This document shows, piece by piece, positions 25,255-36,598 of a DNA stretch of 60,000 bases; position 1 is the stretch's first letter, and each line of letters starts with the position of its first letter. The position numbers and the translations under genes are program-made. Origin of the DNA: Mobula hypostoma (lineage: Eukaryota); assembly GCF_963921235.1 (NCBI RefSeq), contig NC_086097.1, positions 143,346,001-143,406,000 of the forward strand, in the 5' to 3' direction. The notes below the pieces were generated by a model. It was not told the origin of the DNA. It saw only the letters and a list, made by a program, of their open reading frames with translations, and searched no databases.

Positions 25255-25910
25255 CACAAACTAGAGAAAATCTGCAGTTGCTGGAAATCCAAGCAACACA
25301 CTCAAAATGTTGGATGAACTCAGCAGGCCAGGCAGTATCTATAGAAAGAGTAAACAGTTGACGTTTCGGGCTGAGACCCTTCATCAGGACTGGAGAAGAA
25401 AAGATGAGAAGTCAGAGTAAGAAGGCGGTGGGGAGGGGAGGAAGAAGTACAAGGTAGTAGGTGAAATTGGGCGAGGGTGAGGGGTGAAGTAAAGAGCTAA
25501 GAAGTCAATTGATGAAAGAGCTAAAGGGATGGAGAAGGGGGAATCTGATAGGAGAGGACAGAAGGCCATGGAAGTAAGGGAAGGGGAAGGAGAACTAGAG
25601 GGTAGTAACGGGCAGGTAGGGAGATAAGGTGAGGGAGGGAAACGGCAATGATGAAGGGGGGGTGATGGCCAATTACTGGAAGTTTGAGAAATCAATGTTT
25701 ATGCCATCAGGTTGGAGGCTACCCAGATGGAATATAAGGTGTTGCTCCTCCAACCAGAGTGTGGCCTCATTGCGACAGTAGAGGGGGCCATGGGTTGACA
25801 TGTCGGAATGGGAATTAAAGTGGGTGGCCACTAGGAGAGCTCGCTTTTTCAGGCAGTTGGTGCGTAGGTGCTTAGTGAAGGTGTCTGCCAATCCACCTTG
25901 GGTCTCATCG
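25255..25910 (-). mobile_element. Penelope-like element GIY-YIG C-terminus plus tail
   Basis: VATHFNSHSDMSTHG...LEEQHLIFHLGSLQPDGINIDFSNF, followed by the conserved tail. Confidence 0.87.
25355..25392 (-). ncRNA. Minimal type I hammerhead ribozyme motif (one stem I mismatch)
   Basis: The minus strand reads CAGUC-CUGAUGA-A-GGG(UCUCAG)CCC-GAAAC-GUC-AACUG. Confidence 0.68.
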
Positions 25911-26419
25911 GGATAACTTCAAGCACTTTTTGATATTATTTAATATTTAGCCACAATGGGCTTGGAAGAGTGGAGAAGCCATGCAATGTTTATTTCCCAG
26001 AAAGAGTATGATACCACTGAATTTTTGACATGAAGGACGACCAGTCATGACTATATTGTATATTATATGTATATATATATATATAAAGCCCTTTACAGAA
26101 AACTGCATGTGATATTTTAATGTTGGCTCACAACCAGCCTGTGGCTGAATTACTACAGAAAGACTGTGTAGTAATGATCACAGGAAACCTCCGAAGCCTT
26201 GAACAGCTCTCACTCACATTAAGCATTTCAGATTTATGGAATCTGTGCAATCATATTTCAATGTTAATATCAGGAAAACCGTATCTGACTGGCAGGTTGG
26301 ACATTTTGAGTTCAAACCCATCCATCGTGGTGTTGGAAATTGATGTGAGAAAATGTTTCCATTTATGCATGAGACCGAAACAAGAGGGCATAAATATTAG
26401 ATAACCATCAGAATATCAG

Positions 26420-27757
26420 ATGTTCACTCAACCCTGGAACATTTGGACAGCAAAGGTGCGTACATCAGGATGCTCTTTATCGACTACAGCTCAGCATTCG
26501 ATACTTACATCCTCTCAAAACTAATCAATAAGCTTCAGGACCTTGGCCTCAATACCTCCTCATGCAACTCGATCCTTGATTTCCTCACTTGTAGACCCCA
26601 AATAGTTTGCATTGGCAATAACATCTCCTCCACAATCTCCATTGCCACAGATGGACCACAAGGCTGTGTGCTTAGCCCCCTGCTCTACTTGCTTTACACT
26701 TACGACTGTGTGGCTAAGCACAGCTCCAATACTATATTTAAGTTTGCTGACAATACCACCATCTTTGGCTGATTCAAAGGTGGTGATCAATCAGCATATA
26801 GGAGCTGGTGATGAATCAATAACCATGGAACTGATTATTGACTTCAGGAGGAGGAAACAGGAGGTCCACGAGTCATTCCTCATTGGGGGATCAGAGGTGG
26901 AGAGGGTCACCAACTTTAAATTGCTTGGAGTTATCCTTTCGGAGGATCTGTCCTGAGCCCAGCACACGTGCAATTACGAAGAAAACACAGCAGTGCCTCC
27001 ACTTCCTTAGGGTTTGTGAAGATCCTGCATGTCATCTAAAACTTTGACTAACTTCTATAGTTGTGTGGTGGACATATTGACTGGCTGTATCACAGCCTGG
27101 TATGGAAACACCAATACTTTTGAATGGAAAATCCTACAAAATGTAGTGGATACGGCCCAGTCTATCATGGGTAAAGTCCTCCTCACCATTGAGTACATCT
27201 ACACGGGGCGTTGTCGCAGGAAAGCAGCATCCATCATCAGGGACCCCCACCACACATGCTTTCTTCTCACTCACGCCATCAGGAAGGTGGTACAGGAGCC
27301 TCAGAACTCTCACCATCAAGTTCAGGAACAGTTATTACCCCTCAACAATCAGTCTCTTGAACCAAAGGGGTTAACTTCACTTGCCCCATCACTGAACTGT
27401 TCCCACAACCTATGGATTCATTTTCAAAGACTTCATCTCATGTTCTCGATATTTATTGCTTATTTTATTTATTTATTATTATTATTATTTATTTTTTCTC
27501 TCTATTTGTATTTGCACATTTTGTTGTCTTTTGCATATTGGTTGTTGCCCTATTATGGTTATTGGATTTACAGAGTATGTCTGCAAGAAAATAAATCTCA
27601 GGGTTGTATATGGTAACATAAGGTTTCTATTCAGTGGGACTAGGCAGAAAATGGTTCGGCACAGCCAAGCAGGGCCAAAAGGCCTGTTTCTGTGCTGTAG
27701 TTTTTCCTATGGTTTCTATATATGTACTTTGAAAATAAATTTACTTTGAACTTTGAG
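26420..27757 (+). mobile_element. Second Rex1/Babar-like family, decayed, with a CR1 tail inserted at about 27620-27718
   Basis: [25 protein letters not shown] and FKFADNTT; 3' end aataaatttactttgaactttga. Confidence 0.82.
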
Positions 27758-29399
27758 AATGTAGCTGGCTGTTCTTCTTACAGAGAGTGTTAGAATGAGG
27801 AACATGCTGCCATGTGGAGTGGCTGAGTGGTTAGCAATGAGGGGAGGTTTGGTGCTCACATGAAGGAGAAAGGGATGGATGAAGAAACAGAGGGATAGGA
27901 AGAAAAGTATTAATAAATAAAGCATGCATAACAGCGTAAATAATTGGTGCCATGTGAGCTATGACCTGCTTCTATGCCATGATTTCGAGAACACAGAACA
28001 TCCCGACACTGGAACGGGGCCCTCTGCACTGTGATGTCAGTGCCGAACAGAATGCCGATAAACTAAATCCTTTTTGGCTCCACGTGATCCATATCCCTCC
28101 ATTCCAGGTTTTTATCCATATGCCCATTTGAAAGCCTCTTAAATACTTCTATTGTACCTGCTTCTACCCATACCCCTGGCAGGCCAGCAAAATCTACTTG
28201 TCTGATAAAAGGAGTAGCTTGTGAGATCTCCTGAAAAAAAGCCTTGAAGCAGCTGGATTGACCTCACGTTGATCACAGATACATGTTGATGAAGTGCAGT
28301 GCCGTGATAGTCTGGGCCTAGATGTGATTGCAGCTCGCGCTATACGGCCAAGTCTTGATAATCTTTTAAGCAATGGGTCAGAGCATTTTGTGATGAGAAA
28401 AGCCCACCGTTAATCGGGGGGGGGGGGTGGGCAAAACAAAAATTAACCTTGCCAGTAATAAACAGGAATGCTGAGAATCCGAATCAGGTTTATTATCACC
28501 TGCATGTGACGTGAAATTTGGTAATTTAGCAGCAGCAGTTCAATGCAATACGTAATATAGAAGAGAGAAAAAAAAAAGATAATAAATAAGTAAGTAAATC
28601 AATTACAAAATGCTTGGGAAGTTCTGCCGCCTGATTAGCTGTGTACGCTCTGTTTTTCTTTTAAATTCTCAGCACCAGCAGCATTTTGCCTTCATATAAC
28701 CTTGCCAATGTGGCTCACAATCTGATCCAGGAAGAAATGACTTTAAAATCAGACAGAACCCTTTATTATTATGATATATTTGCCTCACTACTGGCTTGTG
28801 ATTTCTTTTCCCCCTAACAAATCATTATTTTTCAATATATATTCAGTCCTTGGAGACATTTGCTCCTTTTTGAATGGCTCCTTGCACCCAATGCATTGTT
28901 TAAATCAACTCACAGACAATCGGCAGGCCTGGCTGCAGAGGCAGTGCCATCTGTTTATACCCTGAGGTCTGCCTATGACGAAGGTGCCATCTGGAGCTCC
29001 TCCCCTTACCTCCTCACACTGCAGCCAACACACTGCAGCAGCTCTTTCTAAACCCAGGCTGCTGAACAGAACTGGCATGGCTGCATTATCTGATAATACA
29101 AACAGATAGCATTCCACTCATCCCCTGTAATTAGCCAGCCATCTGTCCTTGCTGCAAAAAGGGGAGGATAAAAGACGTGCATCAATCATCAACTATGACG
29201 AGACAGAGGTAAAGGGTGGATTTATGTAACTGAATTTATGCTGAACCGGTTAATCTGCTTGTTTCTTGTATTCCTTGTTTCCCTGAACCTTATTTCACAT
29301 TTTCGTGAATAGTCAAAGCTGAGGACGTAGCCAGTGCTTAAAGGTAAGCAAAAATCAAAACTCACCTGCAGAAGAAAATGTTTCAGTGGATAAGTAGTT

Positions 29400-30600
29400 A
29401 GGTCCATGGAATGTGTTTCTTTGCAAGATGGTTGAAGAAGTTACCAGGAAAACGGGTGAAGACAAGGCAGTGGATGTTGTCTACATGGACTTTAGTAAGG
29501 CGTTTGACAAGGCCCCACTTGGCGTTCAGGATGAGGCAGTAAATTAGATCAGACATTGAGCTGGTGGGATAAGACAGAGAGTGGTAGTAGAGGGTTGCCT
29601 CTCTGACTGGAGGCCTGTGACTCATGGTGTGCTGCAGGGATCAGTGTTGGGTCCTTTGTTATTTGTTCTCCATATCAATGATCTGGATGATAATGTGGTT
29701 AAATGGATCAGCAAATTTGTGAAGGTTTGGGGTATAGTGAGTAGTGACGAAGGTTATCACATCTTGCAGAGGGAACTGCATTAGCTGGAAAAATGGAAGA
29801 TGGAGTTTAATTAAGGTTTTGAACTCCAGTAGGACCAACCCGGGTAGGTCTTTCCCAGTGAATGGTAGGGCACTGAGGAGTGTGGTAGAACAAAGGGGTC
29901 TGGGAATATAGGCCCATAATTCATTGAAAGTGGCATCACAGGTCGATAGGGTCATAAAGAAAGCTTTTGACACATTGTCCTTCATAAATCAATGTACCAA
30001 GTGTAGAAGATGAGATGCTATGTTGAAGTTGTACAAGATATTGGTGAGGCCTAATTTGGAGTATTGTGTGCAGTTTTAGTCACCTACCTACAGGAAAGAT
30101 GTAAGCAAGGTTGAAAGAGTGTAGAGAAAATTTGCAAGGCTGTTTCCAGCTCTGGAGGACCTTAGTTATAAAGAAAAATTCAATAGGTTAGGACTATATT
30201 CAAATCAGAATGTAGAAGATTACAAGGGAGGTGACAGAGGTATACAAAATTATGAGGGGTATAGATAGAGTAAGTGCAAGCAGGCTTTTTCCACTGAGGT
30301 TTGGTGGGACTACAACCAGAGGTCATGGGTTGAGGGTGAAAGTTGAGAAGTTTAATAGGGATATGAGGGGAAACTATTCACTCAGAGGGTTACAAGAGGT
30401 GGAATGAGTTGCAAGCACAAGTGATGCATGTGAGCTTGATTTCAATGCTTAAGAGAAGTTTGGATAGGTACATAGATAGTAGGGTTATGGAGGACTATGG
30501 GCCCAGTGCAGGTCGATGGGAGTAGTCAGGTTAAATGGTTTCAGCCTGGACTAGATGGGCTGAAGGGCCTGTTTCAGAGCTGACCTTCTCTATGACTTTA
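29400..30600 (+). mobile_element. CR1 LINE 3' portion (decayed)
   Basis: gatgttgtctacatggactttagtaaggcgtttgacaagg (DVVYMDFSKAFDK) and LQGSVLGPLLF; tail gggctgaagggcctgttt. Confidence 0.88.
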
Positions 30601-31572
30601 AGACGATAATATCAATTTAATCAAATTGGATAGATTTCTTCCTGAAAGTTATATTTTAGGATAAAGTACATGAACATTTTAACAGTAAAATGTGAAGTGC
30701 AGGTGACTTTTGACCCATGGTCTCTAAGTGCTGGATTTTCCTTGACTTGAGATTGGGTCTGTTATGAGCTAATTGGAAAATATTTGAAATACCTCACCAA
30801 GTGTGTGTACTGAAGAAGAACATTATGAGTTTGCATCTTTAAAGGATGCCCCTGCATGCTGTTATATTTTAGTAGCAGAACAATTAATATTCATGTTACA
30901 AGTGTATCAGGGAAGGACTATCTCCAACAAGGAAGATTCTCAACACCTACACTTGACATTCAATGGCAATAGCATCATTGAATCCCCTCAGTAGTATTTT
31001 GAGGATGACCATTGATCAGAACTTCAGTTGCACATACATACACAGGGTGCAGGAGCAGGTCAGCACTACAGGGAGAGATTCACTAGTGCTTTTCCACCAT
31101 CTACAGGTCAGGAGTATGAAGCAATACTCTCCACTTGTAGAAGTAAGTGTACTGTATACACTACAATGCTCAAGGAGTGTGGCATTACCCAGAATAAGGC
31201 AGCTATTTACCACTCTAAAGATTTGTTCCCACTGGCATGCAGTAACTGCAGTAATATACCATCAGCACGACGCAATTGAGTTACTTTTCAAACTACCCTG
31301 ACTAAAATTCTCAAGCTCTGGCCTCCACCTTTAAGACAATCAAGACCATTATGTGCTGAGTCAGACCGGCCATGATCATATTTGTTGGGCAGAGCTGGCA
31401 TGAGGGGCCAAATGGATTACTCCTACTTCCATTTTCTTATGTTTCTCTGGGAACACCACCACACAACATCATGATTTGGAAATATATTACCTGTAAATAT
31501 ACTGTAAGACTTGGAAATATATATCCAGTAATATTGGAATGATACATTTCCAAATCATATTTTTATAATATA

Positions 31573-31832
31573 CGAGGGGTGATTGATAGGTTCGTGGCTT
31601 AAGGTAGAAGGAGTCAATTTTAGAAAACCTAGCACATTTATTTTTCAACATAGTCCCCTCCTACATTTACACACTTAGTCCTGCGGTTGTGGAGCCTAAG
31701 GTAGAAGGAGATGAGTTATACAGCTCTCGTTACATGCACATGCAGTTCAACTCTGAGTGATTATGCAGAAAGTTTGAAGTTAATAACTCATCTCCTTCTA
31801 CCTTAGGCCACGAACTTATCAATCACCCCTGG
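31573..31832. mobile_element. Mariner-type MITE with about 40-bp terminal inverted repeats
   Basis: TA|cgaggggtgattgataggttcgtggcttaaggtagaaggag ... ctccttctaccttaggccacgaacttatcaatcacccct. Confidence 0.8.
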
Positions 31833-32969
31833 TGAGTTATTAACTTCGAACTTTCTACATAATCACTCAAAGAGTTGAACTGCGCATGTGCGTATGTGTG
31901 TGTATGTATATATGTGTATATATTTAGGATATCCTAAATCCTGCAACTTCCTCACAGAGCACAGTAGGAGTCTGCAGTAAAAAGCAACAGTAGGTCAAGG
32001 AGGCATCTCACCACAATCCTCTCAATGGGACAACCAATAAAGACTTATGTCGAGAACCAGAATCCCAGAAATGATTAAAACTAAGACATTGTACAACACA
32101 AGGCATACATAGCACACGCTTAATGATGCAGACTTTGATTGGTTGGTATGGGAGCCACCCGTTCACACCTGAATGAAGGTCAGGAGCCCAGGGGCTCCAC
32201 AGATAAATAAAGGGTGGTGTCAATGTAGAAGCAATGTGGAAAATGGACGTGACAGCCTTTCAAACTTTATGAAGATGTGACTATTTGACTGTCCAATTAA
32301 GAATTGTTGCTTTGTCTGTGGTTTAAAATTGTCCTGTCTAACTGGATTTGAATTTTTATTTAGTAATCACACCACATTCTTCTGTAATGGGCTTGTAATA
32401 AATACACATACAAATAGAATTTTCCCATGTCATGGTCTTTTTAAGATTCCTCATTGGTCACAGCATCGAGGAATATGGTGAGAGGGCAGGTGTATGGGGT
32501 TGAATGGGATCCGGGATCAGGGATCAGCCATGATGAAATGGCAGAGCAGACTCAATGGGCTGAATGGCCTAATTCTGCTCCTATGTCTTATGGTCTTATT
32601 TGACCTGCTACTAGCAGAACTGAGGGTAACTTACCAGCGTATATAAAAGGAGTTTTATTTCTCTTTTAGTCTCAGGTATTACACATTAAAATTTTTTGTC
32701 TTGGATTTATTTAAGAAATGTGCTTTATTGTGAAACAAACCAAGTGACAAAAAAATCCTTTCCAGCAAACCAGCACAATTTTCTGCATGCCCACCTTTCA
32801 TATGTACCGTTCTATGGTTCTACAAATCTAAGATTCATTAGAAAGTCACTCCAAGCTGAAGGAGGCCAAGACATTTCCTCCAATCTCCTTCCTCCCTCTT
32901 CCCAAATAACCATTTAAAATTGATTGTCCCCTGCAACTAATTTCCAAACAAAAAGTATATTACATTCCC

Positions 32970-33080
32970 AAAGTCCTGAAGAAGGGTCTTGGCCTGAAAT
33001 GTCAACTGTTTATTCATTTCCGTAGATGCTGCCTGACCTGTAGAGTTACTTTAGTTCTCCAGCATCTGCAGACTTTCTCA
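32970..33080 (+). mobile_element. Penelope-like tail fragment with a degenerate hammerhead motif
   Basis: agtcctgaagaagggtcttggcctgaaatgtcaactg...gatgctgcctgacctg. Confidence 0.7.
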
Positions 33081-35559
33081 TTTATAATACATATTCCTTT
33101 TTCTGAAATTAAAGCCCTTGGATTGAAGGACTTGCCTTTTTTTTTTAATAACAGGATGTTACAGTGCCAGAGAGGGATTGATCTGGGCCTAAAGACAAAT
33201 TTTCAATGGGTTAATATTAGTGGATGTAAAGATAAGTGATTAGTTTACCAAAGCAACAAGTTAATATTGGATAATTGCAGTGCAAGTTCAAACCATGATA
33301 ATTTGAATTGCTCTTTTTAAATCAAATATAACTTAAAGTAAAAACAATTCTCTTTTCTGTCACTTCCTTAAATGCTTGTTCTTTATTATCTGTTCTATGC
33401 TCATGGAAATATTTTATATGGTTCATAAAAATCTAAACCCTTTATAATTCTGAACCCTTATAGTACCTTCAAACTGACTTTAACATTATCTGTTTTAACC
33501 TTGTAATCTTGTCCCTGACACCACTTTGATAAAACTCTGCGCACCATACCCAAGGAACTTCTTTGTGAATAGCTTTGAAGTTGTATGCACTTCGGGGTTC
33601 CTTGTCTTAGCAAGAAATAACTGGAACAGAATGAAATCTGTGGGGGCTAAGTGTTAAATTGTGACATTAAATTATTTATGTATTAAATTCTTAAAATGCT
33701 GTAGGATTATCTCATTGCCATGTTTAAATTGAACTAAAGGATTTGACAAGATAGGCAGAGAGGACTATTTGTTTCTAAGGCAAAGTGGCATATTCTTAAA
33801 ATTAGAGCTGGATTGCTCAGGAGAACACTTCTGTCAGTTTTGCATGAAGTGCTCCCCTGAACAAACCAGGCAAAGGTAAAATATTCAAAGTGAGATGGGT
33901 ACATTTTTAGCATGGTTCTTATGTGGAATGGAATTTGGGTGATCGAGTCAAGATACCAATTAGCCATGACCTTATTGAATGGTGAAAAAAAAATCTAAAT
34001 AGATTTTAGTTGCAGTCAATTACATAATTGTATTTGGAGTGAGATAAGGTCAGGCATAAAGTATGTCACTTTTGTGGAAAGACTGGAATTATTTATCAAT
34101 GGTAAGTAGTTAGGGAGAAAGGTTCTCTTCCCTATATTTACCTTTCCATCAGTACTCTGTTTCTTGGTAGGCATCTTGCCTTCTATCCCATTCAAATCTG
34201 GTATACAATTCCAAAACAATGAATTTTATCTTCCAGCACAATCTTTCATTACAGCAGCTTATCAAAAGCCTTCTGAAAACTAAATACAGAACCTACATTG
34301 ATTCCCCTATATTTATATCTTGTATTGCTTCTTCAAAAGACTCCATAGTTCTTGCTGACAGGAATTATGACAGGGGAGCCCTGCACTGACTTGTCTTACT
34401 CCTCCTGGTGGTCACCCATCTATCTGAAATCTGTACATTCGGCATGACCACCTCAGCAAAAGTTTAATTTATAATCTTATAGTTTTCCAGTTGATTCAGC
34501 TCCAGCTCCTTGACCCAGACGGTCAAGAGCTGCACCTGAGTGCACCTCATACTGGTATCATCATTAGGGAGACCAAAAGGTTCTCTGACTTCCCACAATC
34601 TGTTGGTGGAACTTTCTACTGACCAACCATCCCACCAACACTGAATCAAGGACTTAGGGTCAACAACAAAATAAAACCTTACCTGTGCCTCTCAATTTGT
34701 TATCTCTATACTGTTATTTCTACTCCCCACACCAGAGCCATCCTCATCCTCTTCACACTAGAACCTCAACTCTCCTCTCTACTTGAGCCTACCTTCTTTA
34801 AATTGGCTGTTTTAATTACCTAATTAGTCAATCAATTATTAACAATTTGCAAATGTGTCTCTTTTAAGGCCAAGTTAAATGAAACTCACCAGCAAGTTCC
34901 AAGTTTTAAACATTGACATGTTTCTCTGTAAGTTCTGTCTTCTAATAAGAGCCTCTGGTGTCTTCTGTCTGGGTGACTCCAGAAGGTGCTGCTTTAAGAA
35001 CATTTTCTCTCATTCCTTTCCCTGAAAATGTATTGACCTTGAGTATTATCTCTGCTTCTGTCTCAACAGATGCTGACCAACATGCCGAGCATTTATAGTG
35101 TTTTCCATTTTTATTTTGGATTTCCAATATCTTGCTTTGTCAAGGTTTAACTTCTTGATGAGACCAGGACCTTCATTTCCAACACCCATTCACTCTCATC
35201 CTACTATAACTCCATTTTATTCTCAGCAGCACTACTCCAAGTCTACTATTTACCTAGCGACAGGGGCAAGTTGTAATGCCTATTAAAACTATTGTTGAAC
35301 CCCACCTTATAGCGAATTAGCCTAATAATTATTTGCATCCTGGGGAAAGTCTATTGATTGTTGATACTAGAGGCTTATGGATAAGAATAGGAAATGACTC
35401 ATTCTTATTACTTTTTAAAAAAAGGATGTCTAATCGTGTCCTACTGATGGAAGCATACCCAAAGGGACTGTCGGAGAGAAATTGAGTGGGTTTGAAAGTG
35501 AAAATTACCACAGCAGCTGTAAGCAGTGTATAAAATTAGGGAAACCATTTTGGAGCTGT

Positions 35560-36005
35560 GTGAAACCCTGGTTTGACTTCATTCGGTGTATTGTGTGCAC
35601 TTCTGGTTGCTTCTATAGTGGGAAAGATGTGGGCGCTTTAGAGAAAAACTGTGAATGAGGTTCATTAGGATGTTGCTTGGATTAGTATCAGATATAATGA
35701 AAGGCTGGGGTGGCAGAGACACCTGATAGAAGTATATCAAACTATGAAAGTTTTATGGTGGACAATCTCTTTTCCAGGGTGGAAATGTCAAATACTGTGG
35801 GGGGGGGGGTGGAGTTTGAAAGATTTGGATGTACCAGGTGGATGTGGATATAACAACATTCAGAAGGTATTTGGGCAGGCACATAAACAGGCAAGGTAAG
35901 GAAGGATTTAAGCCATGTGTTGGCAGGTGGGATTAATACAGGTTGGCATCATGGTCAGCACAGATGTTGTGGGTTGAAGATCCTGTTCCTGTGCTATACT
36001 GATCT
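35560..36005 (+). mobile_element. Old CR1 3' fragment
   Basis: aaaccctggttt...gtattgtgtgcacttctggttgc...ggaaagatgtgggcgctttagaga. Confidence 0.6.
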
Positions 36006-36598
36006 GTGTCCCATGAGTGCAGAGAAATGGAGCCTGATAATTCAGGATAAAATATAATGAACAAAATTCTAATAAAAATGTTGTAAACATTTTTACTCTA
36101 CATGTTAAAATTGGTTTATTTTGTCACGTGTACAGAGCTATAGTGAAAAAGTTTGTTTTGCATTCCATCCATACAGATGATTTTATCATATGGGCCCTTT
36201 GAGGTAGTACAAGAGAGAAAACAGTAACAGGATGCAGAACAAAGTGTTACAGTGATTTCTATTTTTTTCATATCTTCACATTTCTCATGATATAGAAGGA
36301 CATTCCAGAACATTGGCATCAGTCCTATTGATGACTTATTTCCCTGTAACTTGTCCTGTTACTAGATTTGCCTGCCTCTCACCTACACTTGAGGTAATTC
36401 AGTGTCCTTCTTTGGGCTTTGGGAGGAGATTGGGGTGCTCATGTGGTAAATGGGAGAACATGCAAGTCCACACCACCAGCACCAGAGTACAATACAGAAC
36501 CTGTACCTCTGGAGCTGTGTGGAAAGTTCTTTTATCTGCTCTGTTCTTTATGCAATCCATCTGCCTTCACTTCTTGTTTCCTTTTGTCAAATCTGCAG

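Noticed and set aside
36313..36598. N-terminal 95 codons of the 3062-aa ORF
   Set aside because: It starts at TTG, runs through a polypyrimidine tract and acceptor, and differs in composition from the exon. Treated as chance intronic read-through, as is the tail at 45473-45501.
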